Notes under the pieces: model-generated
The model's database searches: none
Told to the model about the DNA's origin: nothing
What the model saw: only the letters and a program-made list of their open reading frames with translations
Made by a program: the position numbers and the translations under genes
Source of the DNA: an uncultured Gammaproteobacteria bacterium
GTDB taxonomy: Bacteria; Patescibacteriota; Microgenomatia; Levybacterales; GWA1-39-11
NCBI GenBank assembly: GCA_964485575.1
Contig: CAZAJO010000004.1
Span: 25,307-89,306 of the forward strand
DNA: 64,000 bases
Reading direction: 5' to 3'
Shown here: positions 54,776 to 64,000 of the stretch, in pieces
Layout of the letters: every line of letters begins with the position of its first letter
How positions within the stretch are numbered: position 1 is the stretch's first letter

Positions 54776-56713
54776 ATGATAGAAGATCCATTATCCTCTG
54801 CTCAGCTCGGAATTGCACCTGAAGAATTTATTGATCAAGAGCCACTAAGTGTAACTCCAAACGTTGTCCCCCCTTTAGAGATTAATACTCCACCGTTAGA
54901 GCCTGGAGACGAAATACCTCTACCAACCTCTGCAGAATTAAATTTAGTACCAAATAGTATTTTTTCAAGATCATATGATGCAATGAATCAATTAGCACAA
55001 ACTGGACAGCCGATAACTCCTAGAAGTGTTGCCTTAATTGCCCTTGCAAACGAAATAGCTGCAGGACTTTCGATTTCAGATGCAGAATTTAAGGTTTCCA
55101 ATAATATATACGCACAAAGAAAATCATTCTTTAAAAACCATGGAATAGAAATAGAAACTTATAAAAGTGAAGAACACGGGCTAGCATTTAAACCACAAAA
55201 AACAACTGAACCAAAGACATTTCGAACACCAAAATCCGAAGCTGATAAGAATACAGAACCAACTCCAGACTTACAAAAGGAACCAATAAAACCACGTTTA
55301 AGCGCATTTGAAATAGATATATACTCCCATCCTGAAAGATTTGGAGAAGAAGGAAGTGATGTGAGACGCACTGCTGAAATCTTGTTCTCTCGAGCGCTTG
55401 CAAATAGAGGCTCAAGTCGAGAACTTATTCTTGAAGACTTTGCTCCTGGATACCTCTTAGACCATCCTGGTGCTTCCCAAAAAACCATATCAAACGCATT
55501 TGGACGAAGCATTGTATTGCTTGAGCAAGCGTTAAAGGAACGCGATAGTTCTTTTAGAATACCGAGATCAACAGGTAACAGTAAAAATTCAATCTTAAAA
55601 ATTGATCACGACTCTATCCCACTGCCAATAACCACGCAAGAAGAAGCAAAACAAATTTCCGTAGACAAAGAGACAGAAACAGAAGGGGAAGAGCAGGAAA
55701 CAATTGATACCTCAGTATTTGGGGTATCAAAAACAACACTAATTCAATATCTTTTAAGTTCAAATAAGGCACGAACACTAACAGATATATCAGTAATAAG
55801 ACGTAAGGACGGCAAAACTGGCCCCGTTCTAACAGCAGAAATGAATACAACCAGAATGGTTGTTTCGACTCTTCAATTAGAACTCCCGAAAGGAGTTGAG
55901 CTAAGAAATTCTTTAGACCAAAACAATAAACCCCTTCCCGACCAATTCGAAGTTTATCCTAAAGACATTACTATTCAACAAATTATTGAACTTAAAAAAC
56001 AAGAAATTGAAGCATCAAGAATTGCAAAGGAGTCAGAACAAAAGAAACAAGAGGCAGAAAGGATCTCTCTTGAAGAAAGAAGAGTCGCATTAGAAGCAGA
56101 ACGATTGGCACAAAGGGAAAGAATGAGAATTGAAGCTGAAAAAGCACAAAAAGAAAGAATAGAGGCAGAAAGGATTGTTGCTGAAGAACGAGCATTAGAA
56201 GAATCCTTAGCTAAGGCATTAGAGCTAGAGGTAGATGCAGCCCTAAGAGTACTGGAGGTTACTAAGCCTGAGGCCCCAGTTCCACAACCCGCAGAAAGAC
56301 CAGATCCAATACAAAAAGCTCCCCAAGTTCGAAGATTTGAAATGAGACCTGGAGTACAGGAAGAAGTAACAGCTAAAAGAATTGAGCCGCAGAAAGAAGC
56401 AGGGATTGAAATACTCGATGGGAAAGTTATAATGTCTGATGATCAATTAAAGGTTTTTGATGCTCTCAAGGGCATGGGTCAAAATGGAGCAAAACCCCGT
56501 GACATTGCCCAAATTATTACCCAAGGAAAAGCAAAGGGTACAATTATTCCTGATACAGAACGCCGTCTCAAAGAACTAATGGATGCTTTCTCCCAAACTC
56601 CTATTCGCATCATCCACCCCACTGATGAAAATGGCATAGTCGACGACAGAAGATTTATTCTTGATATACCAGAAGGAGTAAATCCACTCAATTTCATATC
56701 ATTTAGGGCTTGA
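54776..56713 (+). CDS. Hypothetical protein (645 aa) with central charged coiled-coil (EAERI repeats) and C-terminal winged-helix-like segment
   Basis: ERRVALEAERLAQRERMRIEAEKAQKERIEAERIVAEERALEE. C-terminal DQLKVFDALKGMGQNGAKPRDIAQIITQ is HTH-like. Confidence 0.5.
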   Translation: MIEDPLSSAQLGIAPEEFIDQEPLSVTPNVVPPLEINTPPLEPGDEIPLPTSAELNLVPNSIFSRSYDAMNQLAQTGQPITPRSVALIALANEIAAGLSISDAEFKVSNNIYAQRKSFFKNHGIEIETYKSEEHGLAFKPQKTTEPKTFRTPKSEADKNTEPTPDLQKEPIKPRLSAFEIDIYSHPERFGEEGSDVRRTAEILFSRALANRGSSRELILEDFAPGYLLDHPGASQKTISNAFGRSIVLLEQALKERDSSFRIPRSTGNSKNSILKIDHDSIPLPITTQEEAKQISVDKETETEGEEQETIDTSVFGVSKTTLIQYLLSSNKARTLTDISVIRRKDGKTGPVLTAEMNTTRMVVSTLQLELPKGVELRNSLDQNNKPLPDQFEVYPKDITIQQIIELKKQEIEASRIAKESEQKKQEAERISLEERRVALEAERLAQRERMRIEAEKAQKERIEAERIVAEERALEESLAKALELEVDAALRVLEVTKPEAPVPQPAERPDPIQKAPQVRRFEMRPGVQEEVTAKRIEPQKEAGIEILDGKVIMSDDQLKVFDALKGMGQNGAKPRDIAQIITQGKAKGTIIPDTERRLKELMDAFSQTPIRIIHPTDENGIVDDRRFILDIPEGVNPLNFISFRA

Positions 56714-56748
56714 GTTTTTAGGCCAAATCCCTTATCATAACTACTCAC

Positions 56749-57990
56749 ATGAAAATTACAAATCTTGCCGCTCTTGAGATTTTGGACTCTCGAGGTAACC
56801 CAACAGTCCGCACAATTGTCACTCTAGAAGATGGAACAACCCACGCATCAAGTGTGCCTTCTGGCGCTTCAACAGGGTCTCATGAGGCAGTAGAGCTTCG
56901 TGATGAGGACAATACCCGTTATATGGGCAAAGGTGTACTTAATGCCGTAGAAAATGTAAATACTACTATAAAAGAAGCGATCGTTGGCATGAAGGCAGAT
57001 CCAAATACGATTGATGAGTTGATGCTTCAACTCGACGGAACCCCAAATAAGGCAAAATTAGGTGCAAACGCTATCCTTTCTGTGTCACAAGCAGTAGTTA
57101 AAGCCGCCGCTCACGCAAAAGGACAACCTCTTTGGAAATTTATGAATGAATACTACTTTAATAGTAGTCCGGTTGGTTTTCCTCAGTTGCTTGTAAACAT
57201 TGTAAACGGAGGCAAACACGCTTCATGGAATTTTGATATCCAGGAATTTATGGTCGTTCCAAATACTAAGGTCCCATCAGAATCAGTCAGAATCGCAGCT
57301 GAGATATTTCATAACCTGGGAAAAATCCTGAAAGAAAAAAAACTCTCTACTCTGTTGGGAGATGAGGGCGGCTATTCTCCTCTTCTTTCTTCAAATGAAG
57401 AGGTATTGGAAACTATTATCGCCGCGGCAAAGAACGCAGGATATGAAAATGTAAAAGATTATCGACTCTCACTTGATGTTGCCTCAACAGAATTTTTCAA
57501 AGACGGAAAGTACGAGTTTAAAAAGCAGAATAAGTGGCTCACTCCTGAAGAATTGACAGCATACTACCAAGAAATTGGGCAAAAATACTTAATTCTTTCA
57601 TTTGAAGATGCATTTTCTGAAGACGATTGGAAAGCTTGGACTAACTTTACCGATATGGCTGAAAAATTTAAGTTCATCACCATTGGAGACGACCTTCTCG
57701 TCACAAATCCTGAAAGAATTAAAAGAGCAATTGATGAAAAGGCTGCTAATGCAGTACTTGTGAAGGTAAATCAGATTGGATCTATTAAAGAAACTGTTGA
57801 AGCAATTAATATGAGCCACGCGGCTGGCTGGAAAACTGCAATTTCTCATAGATCAGGTGAAACTGAAGACTCATTTATCGCAGATTTGGCCTATGCATGC
57901 GCTAGTGAATTTATCAAAACAGGTTCTATGGCCAGATCTGAGCGCCTCGCAAAATATAACCGCCTCCTAGAGATAGAAAAGGGATTATAA
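56749..57990 (+). CDS. eno: Enolase
   Basis: ILDSRGNPTVRTIVTLEDGTTHASSVPSGASTGSHEAVELRD and the SHRSGETED motif. Confidence 0.9.
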   Translation: MKITNLAALEILDSRGNPTVRTIVTLEDGTTHASSVPSGASTGSHEAVELRDEDNTRYMGKGVLNAVENVNTTIKEAIVGMKADPNTIDELMLQLDGTPNKAKLGANAILSVSQAVVKAAAHAKGQPLWKFMNEYYFNSSPVGFPQLLVNIVNGGKHASWNFDIQEFMVVPNTKVPSESVRIAAEIFHNLGKILKEKKLSTLLGDEGGYSPLLSSNEEVLETIIAAAKNAGYENVKDYRLSLDVASTEFFKDGKYEFKKQNKWLTPEELTAYYQEIGQKYLILSFEDAFSEDDWKAWTNFTDMAEKFKFITIGDDLLVTNPERIKRAIDEKAANAVLVKVNQIGSIKETVEAINMSHAAGWKTAISHRSGETEDSFIADLAYACASEFIKTGSMARSERLAKYNRLLEIEKGL

Positions 57991-57996
57991 TTATTT

Positions 57997-58626
57997 ATGG
58001 CAAAGTTAGTACTTGTACGTCATGGAAAATCTGAGTGGAATGAAAAAGGTCTTTGGACTGGGTGGCGTGATATCCCTCTTGCTCCAACAGGCATTGAAGA
58101 AGCCCAAACAACTGGAGAACAGTTAAATGATATCCACTTTGACTATGCCTATACATCCGCACTTATGCGCGCGCAACAAACTTTAGCTGAAATTTTAAAA
58201 GTCATCAATCAACAGCCACCAATCACCAATGACCAATCACTAAATGAGCGTGATTATGGGGATTACACTGAAAAAAACAAATGGGATATCCAAAAAGAAC
58301 TTGGAGAAGAAGAGTTTCAAAAAATTAGACGGTCATGGGACTACCCTCCTCCAAATGGCGAAAGCCTCAAGATGGTATACGAGCGAGTGCTTCCTTACTT
58401 CGTGTCTGAGATTCTCCCCCATCTGAAAGAAGGCAAGAACGTTATTATTGCAGCACACGGCAATTCTTTGAGGGCTCTTGTTAAATTCCTTGAAAACATC
58501 TCGGAAGAAGATATAGCTACACTCGAAATTGGAACAGGAGAAGCATATATTTATGATCTAGATTCTGAAGGAAAGGTGACTAATAAAGAAATCCGCGGCA
58601 TTAACGAGAATAAAGGCACAGTGTAA
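57997..58626 (+). CDS. gpmA: 2,3-bisphosphoglycerate-dependent phosphoglycerate mutase
   Basis: LVLVRHGKSEWNEKGLWTGWRD (catalytic RHG motif) and the AAHGNSLRAL motif. Confidence 0.85.
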   Translation: MAKLVLVRHGKSEWNEKGLWTGWRDIPLAPTGIEEAQTTGEQLNDIHFDYAYTSALMRAQQTLAEILKVINQQPPITNDQSLNERDYGDYTEKNKWDIQKELGEEEFQKIRRSWDYPPPNGESLKMVYERVLPYFVSEILPHLKEGKNVIIAAHGNSLRALVKFLENISEEDIATLEIGTGEAYIYDLDSEGKVTNKEIRGINENKGTV

Positions 58627-58720
58627 AATAGGTAAGAGTACTAGAAGTTAGGTAGTAGAATCTCCAAAATATAACTTGATATTGACTATTTCCTATTACC
58701 TAGTTACTATTACCTAAACT

Positions 58721-59329
58721 ATGAAGATTATTGTTGGACTCGGCAACCCTGGGGATAAATATACAGGTACCCGCCACAATATTGGGTTTGCTACACTTGA
58801 TCATCTCCTAAAAAAATACGAACCAGTCGACCAATCGGTCTGGGAGGACAATAAAAAAACTAAATCTCAGATCAAAAAACTGTCTATTGGGCAATACCAG
58901 GTACTTCTTGCAAAGCCTCAAACTTTTATGAATAACTCTGGCATGGCACTTTCCTTACTCACCCAATACTTCAAGATAAAACCTGAAGAAGTAATTGTTA
59001 TTCATGACGATCTTGATCTTCCTCTCGGAAAAATCCAAATTAGGTTTGGTGGAGGAAGTGCTGGGCACAATGGTATCGAATCAGTGATAGAAGCTTTAAA
59101 AACGGATAAATTTAGCCGAATCCGCATGGGTATTGGACATCCAAGAGGAAGAAACCCGATTGATGAGATTAGAAGCCACGACTCGGTCAGTAATTACGTT
59201 GTTTCACATTTTGTTGAGGGTGAGCATAAAGACGTCAGGAATATGATAAAGCATGTTCAGAAGAACTTAGAGTTACTACTTGAGCATGGAATTGATACCT
59301 TCATGAGCAAATTTAACTCGAAGAGTTAG
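58721..59329 (+). CDS. pth: Peptidyl-tRNA hydrolase
   Basis: IIVGLGNPGDKYTGTRHNIGF and HDDLDLPLGKIQIRFGGGSAGHNG. Confidence 0.85.
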   Translation: MKIIVGLGNPGDKYTGTRHNIGFATLDHLLKKYEPVDQSVWEDNKKTKSQIKKLSIGQYQVLLAKPQTFMNNSGMALSLLTQYFKIKPEEVIVIHDDLDLPLGKIQIRFGGGSAGHNGIESVIEALKTDKFSRIRMGIGHPRGRNPIDEIRSHDSVSNYVVSHFVEGEHKDVRNMIKHVQKNLELLLEHGIDTFMSKFNSKS

Positions 59330-62100
59330 GGACTGACTTCTTGCCACTTCGTGTACGTGGTCTTGTAGAAATCAGTAAGCTGGGTTATAAAATCAGGTCG
59401 TGCACTAATATAGAGTGATGGATACAGTAGGTTATTGAAACAAAGACTTCTTCTATTTTGTAGTGTTCCAGTTCCAGACGTTGAGAAAGGTTTAAGGCTA
59501 TTTGCAACGAGGGCACCACCAACATTAAGCCGTAAATCTGAAGTTACAGTATCAGGACATGAATCACCATCCAATATTATGCTTCCCTGGGCAGTATAAT
59601 ATCCGTCAATATTACTTGTCGTTGAGGAGAGTGTTGCAGTTCCAATTGTTTTTGCTATCGTTATATTTCCTTTTGCAGCAACTATAAATATCCCTTGATT
59701 TTGAGCAATAGAAATAGTACTCGCGTTGATAGTCACGTTTCCATTTACAAGAATAACTACTCTTCTCCCAATAACATGTGTGTAGAGATTTATGGTGAGG
59801 TCCGCGGGGGATTCGTATACACCACTTGCAGTTATCTGTGTCTGATCAAATGTTCCTGCGGAAATAGGAGTAACTGTCACTCCATCTTGCTTTGTCTTTG
59901 ACTTATAGAAGTCGTAGCTCATACCACCATTTCTGTTCTCTGTATCTGCATTGTAAGAATATTCGTTATTGATGACCCAATTTTTAACAGAAGCAGCCCC
60001 AAAACCAAGATTTGCAGTGCTGTCTGAAGAATAAAATATCCCTGGATAATTCGCGTCAGTTGAGGCATAAAGTCCTGCGGGCACTGGATTACTGAGATTT
60101 AAGAATCGCACATCTCCCACGCTGGTCTGAAACCAAGGGTTAAGAGGTGCGATACAAAATGTAGCTACTTGATTATTGCTTCCTGTCGCAAATGATACTC
60201 CATTGCTTCCCAATGGTGACTCGACAGCTGGTGTCACATCTGTACCTATTACGGTGTATCCTGATGGAACCTGAAGACTTAACTGATAATTACCCTGTGG
60301 AAGACATGCAAATGCAGTGTCCCCTGTACCTGAATTGGTAGTCTGGTTAGTATTCACACTTCCACCATTTGTGATATTTAATGTCGCACCTACCCCACCA
60401 CTACTGTATGCAACTCCTGAAGATGAGTTACAAGTGCCAACGGCAGCAACTCTTCGAACATTAGCAGTAACAGTCACCGTTGTTGGTACCGTAATTGAGG
60501 CTGTATAATTTGTTGATCCCCCTGGACCTCCAACTGTCACACGTGGCGTGTAGGTTGTCTGGGATGCTGGACAAGCTGGAGCTGTCCATGTTGTTGTTGA
60601 GCTTGTAGATGTATCTGTCTGTCCACTAACGGTTGGGGGTGGGTTGTTGCCACCAGTATCTGGGTTCCAAGTGAATGGTGGTGGAGGAAGACTATCATCT
60701 GGATTTTCGACATTTGTACATGATGTAACCGATAGTGTGACAGTTCCTCCAGGATTTGCACTTCCACCTGGTGGATTAAGCGTGATTGAACCTGGAGTAC
60801 ACGCAGGTACTGATTGACGAATTCCGAAATTGACCCCTGATGCATCAGGGCCCAAAGAAACAGCCCTTGGATTGGTATTACCACCAGCCGTTCCCATTGA
60901 ATAGCCTGCAGGCAGTGTAAGCGTGATATTATAGCTTCCAGCACTGTTGCTCAAAAAGCTATACGTACCGTTTGCAGCTGTTGTCGTAGATGGATCTGCC
61001 CCTGGTCCTACCCTTTGGACTGATGCGTTTGCCACATTTAACTCATCACCAGCACCATTGTTGCATGCTCCTGAGCAATTCTGAACCCCACTATTATTGG
61101 TGTCAACATAGACCTTCCCAGTCACATCATATGTACAGTCAGCTACACAATTAGCAGCTGTCTCACCGGCATCACAAACTCCATTCCCACAGGTACAATC
61201 AAAATCAGTACTGCAATTTCCGAAAAATCCGCACCCTTGGGGCTGACAAGAATTACCGACGCATGAGCTCACCTCTACTTGTCCAAAACCGCACCCTCCA
61301 CCACCCCCGCTTGGCGGAAGGCAAGTCCCTCCAGCTCCCGGAGCAACGCACGTGTCTCCTGCAGAACAACAAACAGTGCCACACAAAAACCCAGACCCAC
61401 AAGCTCCACCACCTGGAGGTGATGTTGGCGCAGGGGTACCTCCTGTTCCTCCCCCACCACAAGGTGGTGAGGATGAACACCAGGCTCCACAAGAATTACA
61501 GATAGGTTGCGAGTATGTGCTGGATGGAACAGTACAATTACAACTTCCATCGTAAACATAAATTTGAGAAGAACCACAGCTTACACAAAAATCATTACAA
61601 TAAGTACCTGGAGTACAACCTAAAGCTGGGGTTGGCGTTGCTTGGGGAGCTGGACAGCTTGGATCCACTTTTCCTCCCTGTACACATGATCCACCAGAAC
61701 ATACTCCATAACGCTCACAACCTTGTCCATCAAAACTATTAAAACAATTTGAGGGTCCACACGTAGATCCACCTCCCCAGTTACATTCATTAACTATATT
61801 AGCGGAAGCTCCATAACAAGCTTGAGATAAGTAGCATGCAAATTCATCGCTCGCAAAACAACCTCGCCATTCTATATCAGACCCATTAATGACACACGCA
61901 CAATGTCCACCCAGTCCACCACATACCGAACCCTGAGTTGTACAGACACCACTAATCCCATCGTCACAATTACAATCGTAATGGGGCGTCGAACAACTAT
62001 AGCTTCCTGTACAACTCTGGGCAAACGAAGTATTTACAACAAATGAAAAGCAAAAAAGAAGAAATATAACAATAAATACCTTTAGGATTCGAGATTGCAT
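59326..62100 (-). CDS. Secreted 924-aa surface protein with N-terminal Cys/Gly-rich (EGF-like or disulfide-knot-like) region and Thr/Ser-rich beta-rich body
   Basis: Signal peptide MQSRILKVFIVIFLLFCFSFVVNTSFA. More than 60 Cys in the first 330 aa. Overlaps the pth stop by 4 nt. Confidence 0.65.
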   Translation of the reverse strand: MQSRILKVFIVIFLLFCFSFVVNTSFAQSCTGSYSCSTPHYDCNCDDGISGVCTTQGSVCGGLGGHCACVINGSDIEWRGCFASDEFACYLSQACYGASANIVNECNWGGGSTCGPSNCFNSFDGQGCERYGVCSGGSCVQGGKVDPSCPAPQATPTPALGCTPGTYCNDFCVSCGSSQIYVYDGSCNCTVPSSTYSQPICNSCGAWCSSSPPCGGGGTGGTPAPTSPPGGGACGSGFLCGTVCCSAGDTCVAPGAGGTCLPPSGGGGGCGFGQVEVSSCVGNSCQPQGCGFFGNCSTDFDCTCGNGVCDAGETAANCVADCTYDVTGKVYVDTNNSGVQNCSGACNNGAGDELNVANASVQRVGPGADPSTTTAANGTYSFLSNSAGSYNITLTLPAGYSMGTAGGNTNPRAVSLGPDASGVNFGIRQSVPACTPGSITLNPPGGSANPGGTVTLSVTSCTNVENPDDSLPPPPFTWNPDTGGNNPPPTVSGQTDTSTSSTTTWTAPACPASQTTYTPRVTVGGPGGSTNYTASITVPTTVTVTANVRRVAAVGTCNSSSGVAYSSGGVGATLNITNGGSVNTNQTTNSGTGDTAFACLPQGNYQLSLQVPSGYTVIGTDVTPAVESPLGSNGVSFATGSNNQVATFCIAPLNPWFQTSVGDVRFLNLSNPVPAGLYASTDANYPGIFYSSDSTANLGFGAASVKNWVINNEYSYNADTENRNGGMSYDFYKSKTKQDGVTVTPISAGTFDQTQITASGVYESPADLTINLYTHVIGRRVVILVNGNVTINASTISIAQNQGIFIVAAKGNITIAKTIGTATLSSTTSNIDGYYTAQGSIILDGDSCPDTVTSDLRLNVGGALVANSLKPFSTSGTGTLQNRRSLCFNNLLYPSLYISARPDFITQLTDFYKTTYTKWQEVSP

Positions 62101-62148
62101 TATACATCTAGTATAAGCACCTTATGCTGGAATACGCAATAATATGGA

Positions 62149-63288
62149 TTAATTTTCGAATGAGAGGATACTTACCGCCCCAATGTTTTCGTTTGGATAA
62201 GGAACTAGTTGATATTGGAAAGGTTCAGCTCTAGCTATTGTCTGAGTACTATCAGGTAAACCACCAGCACCATAGATAGCCGCCGTATCTGGATAAGTCA
62301 ATGGAACCATCATGTTGGCAACATTTCGCGCAAAAGTAACCGTCCACTCATGACCTACATTGATTGCCTTATCTCCAAGTTCTCTAGTTACCTTACCATT
62401 AGCAACAAGACCATTTACGCGTTCTATAAATTTTTCCTTACCATTATTTTCTTGCATCCATAGTCTTAAAACTTCACTACCTTCATACTCTCCTTCGTGC
62501 ATTGTAGTTCTACCATACCCAAATCCACCTGTCATTACTCCACCAGGATTGTCATTTTCCATTTTTATAAATCTGTCTTTTGTAGGATCTTTATAAAATC
62601 CATCCACCATTTCACCTTTCAATTTATTTGTACGAATAAGATCCTTAATTTTTGCAAGAGCTTGAAGGTCGTGCGGATCTGTTTCAGGATCAAATGACTC
62701 AAATAATTCTTTATGATCGTTTGATGCTCGATAATCATTTACAACTGTCAAAAGAAATACGTTCTCCATGCGCTTAATCATTTCCTCCGCAGACATTTCT
62801 TCACCCTGATATTGCTTAACATATTCCGTTGTAAGTTTAAAGTCAGACAATGGCAAAGTCCCAGCTGTACTATGCTTTGCGCCTTTAAAATCAGTTGTTG
62901 CAGCTGTCCTCTGAGGAAGTCTATTATCAATCAGAAAACCGAATTTTAAATATTCTCCTTGATAGTAATGTAGTACTTCTGTATTGGTGTCTACTTCTTT
63001 CTTCAACTGATCCTTCAATTTTTGAGGAGCTTCAATTATAGCTGGCACCATTAATTCACGGTCATGCTCAATTGCTGGAGGGGCTACTGTTGGGTTTTCT
63101 TGGACATTTGTTGAATTTACTCCATTTTCTGCTTCACTGGTTGCATCTCCATCTAGTATTCCACTTAATTTTGCGCCTACAGCACCTGCACCGACAGCAA
63201 CCCCAGCTACTGCTAAGGCTTGTAAAAATCTCCTTCTCGAATGTCTATTTCCGGGCACATGGTGTGCTCCGGGAGCTTCTATTGCCAT
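62149..63288 (-). CDS. Secreted protein with twin-arginine (Tat-type) signal peptide (hypothetical)
   Basis: N-terminus HSRRRFLQALAVAGVAVGAGAVGA: RRxFL plus a hydrophobic h-region. The first 120 nt are more GC-rich than the rest. Confidence 0.55.
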   Translation of the reverse strand: MAIEAPGAHHVPGNRHSRRRFLQALAVAGVAVGAGAVGAKLSGILDGDATSEAENGVNSTNVQENPTVAPPAIEHDRELMVPAIIEAPQKLKDQLKKEVDTNTEVLHYYQGEYLKFGFLIDNRLPQRTAATTDFKGAKHSTAGTLPLSDFKLTTEYVKQYQGEEMSAEEMIKRMENVFLLTVVNDYRASNDHKELFESFDPETDPHDLQALAKIKDLIRTNKLKGEMVDGFYKDPTKDRFIKMENDNPGGVMTGGFGYGRTTMHEGEYEGSEVLRLWMQENNGKEKFIERVNGLVANGKVTRELGDKAINVGHEWTVTFARNVANMMVPLTYPDTAAIYGAGGLPDSTQTIARAEPFQYQLVPYPNENIGAVSILSFEN

Positions 63289-63334
63289 ACTATGAGATGT
63301 ATAACATATTGGGTATATTTTGTCAAGTTAGCCT

Positions 63335-63991
63335 CTATTTTTTCACGACATCGAAATATTTAGTGCGTGAAGCTTGCTCAATTTGAGTGTTTTGTGACTT
63401 TAGCTCTTCGGCTGATGGTTGATAATTAGTTACATGAGTCAAATTAAATAACGTAAGTATAAGCTGACTGTTAAAATAAAAACCAGGCTCAGGTGCGGCA
63501 AGACCATCAGGCGAAACATTGATTAGAACCAAAAGGGAACTATCATCCATCTTTATACTTGATGATGAGGAAATATTAGAACCTGGTGTCGTAGTAAGCA
63601 ATTTAGGCTGTTTTTCAGCTGTAAGCCTGATGGTTACTTCTTTTATATCTGAATTTGAACCTAATTGAGGAAAGGAACGACCAGTCACCCACCACTTTTT
63701 TAAAAGATCTGAAAATGCTTTTTTATCTAACAATTCTAATTGATATCCAGAGACATCTGAGGAATAAGACAGTACTGCATCTACCTGGGAATCATTTTTG
63801 GATTCTATTTTTAACTTTTTTTCTGCTGGTTTTACTGTATCTATTTGGGGCGAAGACTTAAACAATGTACTGTTTTTAAATACGCCCAAATAATATAACA
63901 ATCCTAGGATCCCGACAATCGCAAAGATTAATACGATTACCTCTAAAACAAAAAGTCTTGCAGCATTTTTCTTCTGTTTTTCTGGGGACAC
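63335..63991 (-). CDS. N-terminally anchored hypothetical protein
   Basis: TM LFVLEVIVLIFAIVGILGLLYYLGVF; native codon usage. Start is close to the window end. Confidence 0.45.
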   Translation of the reverse strand: MSPEKQKKNAARLFVLEVIVLIFAIVGILGLLYYLGVFKNSTLFKSSPQIDTVKPAEKKLKIESKNDSQVDAVLSYSSDVSGYQLELLDKKAFSDLLKKWWVTGRSFPQLGSNSDIKEVTIRLTAEKQPKLLTTTPGSNISSSSSIKMDDSSLLVLINVSPDGLAAPEPGFYFNSQLILTLFNLTHVTNYQPSAEELKSQNTQIEQASRTKYFDVVKK

Positions 63992-64000
63992 ATATGAAAA

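Overview
The window is low-GC, gene-dense bacterial chromosome (high-30s % GC by eye, standard genetic code). The gene content looks like a reduced-genome Patescibacteria/CPR-like organism. Housekeeping genes include leuS, rho, an rpoD-like sigma factor, radA, a ribosomal protein S1 homologue, pyk, eno, gpmA, pth, an M50 protease and a YacL-like PIN/TRAM protein. A DNA-uptake set is present: comEA, a comEC split into two ORFs, and a type IV pilin-like gene. Surface and glycosylation genes are abundant. There are three giant secreted or anchored proteins (4027, 1711 and 924 aa). There is also an LPXTG-like (IPNTG) protein, an LRR protein, a family 2 glycosyltransferase (GT2), an O-antigen-ligase/TPR membrane protein and a 1142-aa polytopic membrane protein. 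Three kinds of feature are unexpected. First, two short, strongly GC-rich islands sit in the AT-rich background, each a self-contained transcription unit. Island 1 encodes a Clp_N-domain protein and an AcpP-like acyl carrier protein; island 2 encodes a membrane-anchored hypothetical protein. Second, there are two families of structured, non-coding repeats, about 95 nt and about 175 nt, each present in two copies with compensatory base changes. Third, a NUDIX hydrolase domain is inserted inside the leucyl-tRNA synthetase. Also notable: the 4027-aa protein begins with two phage-integrase-type SAM-like domains, and an Avd-like four-helix-bundle ORF lies just downstream of it. A 22-nt promoter/operator-like motif is shared by two surface-protein operons. 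comEC is interrupted at an A7 homopolymer. No rRNA, tRNA or CRISPR array was found.
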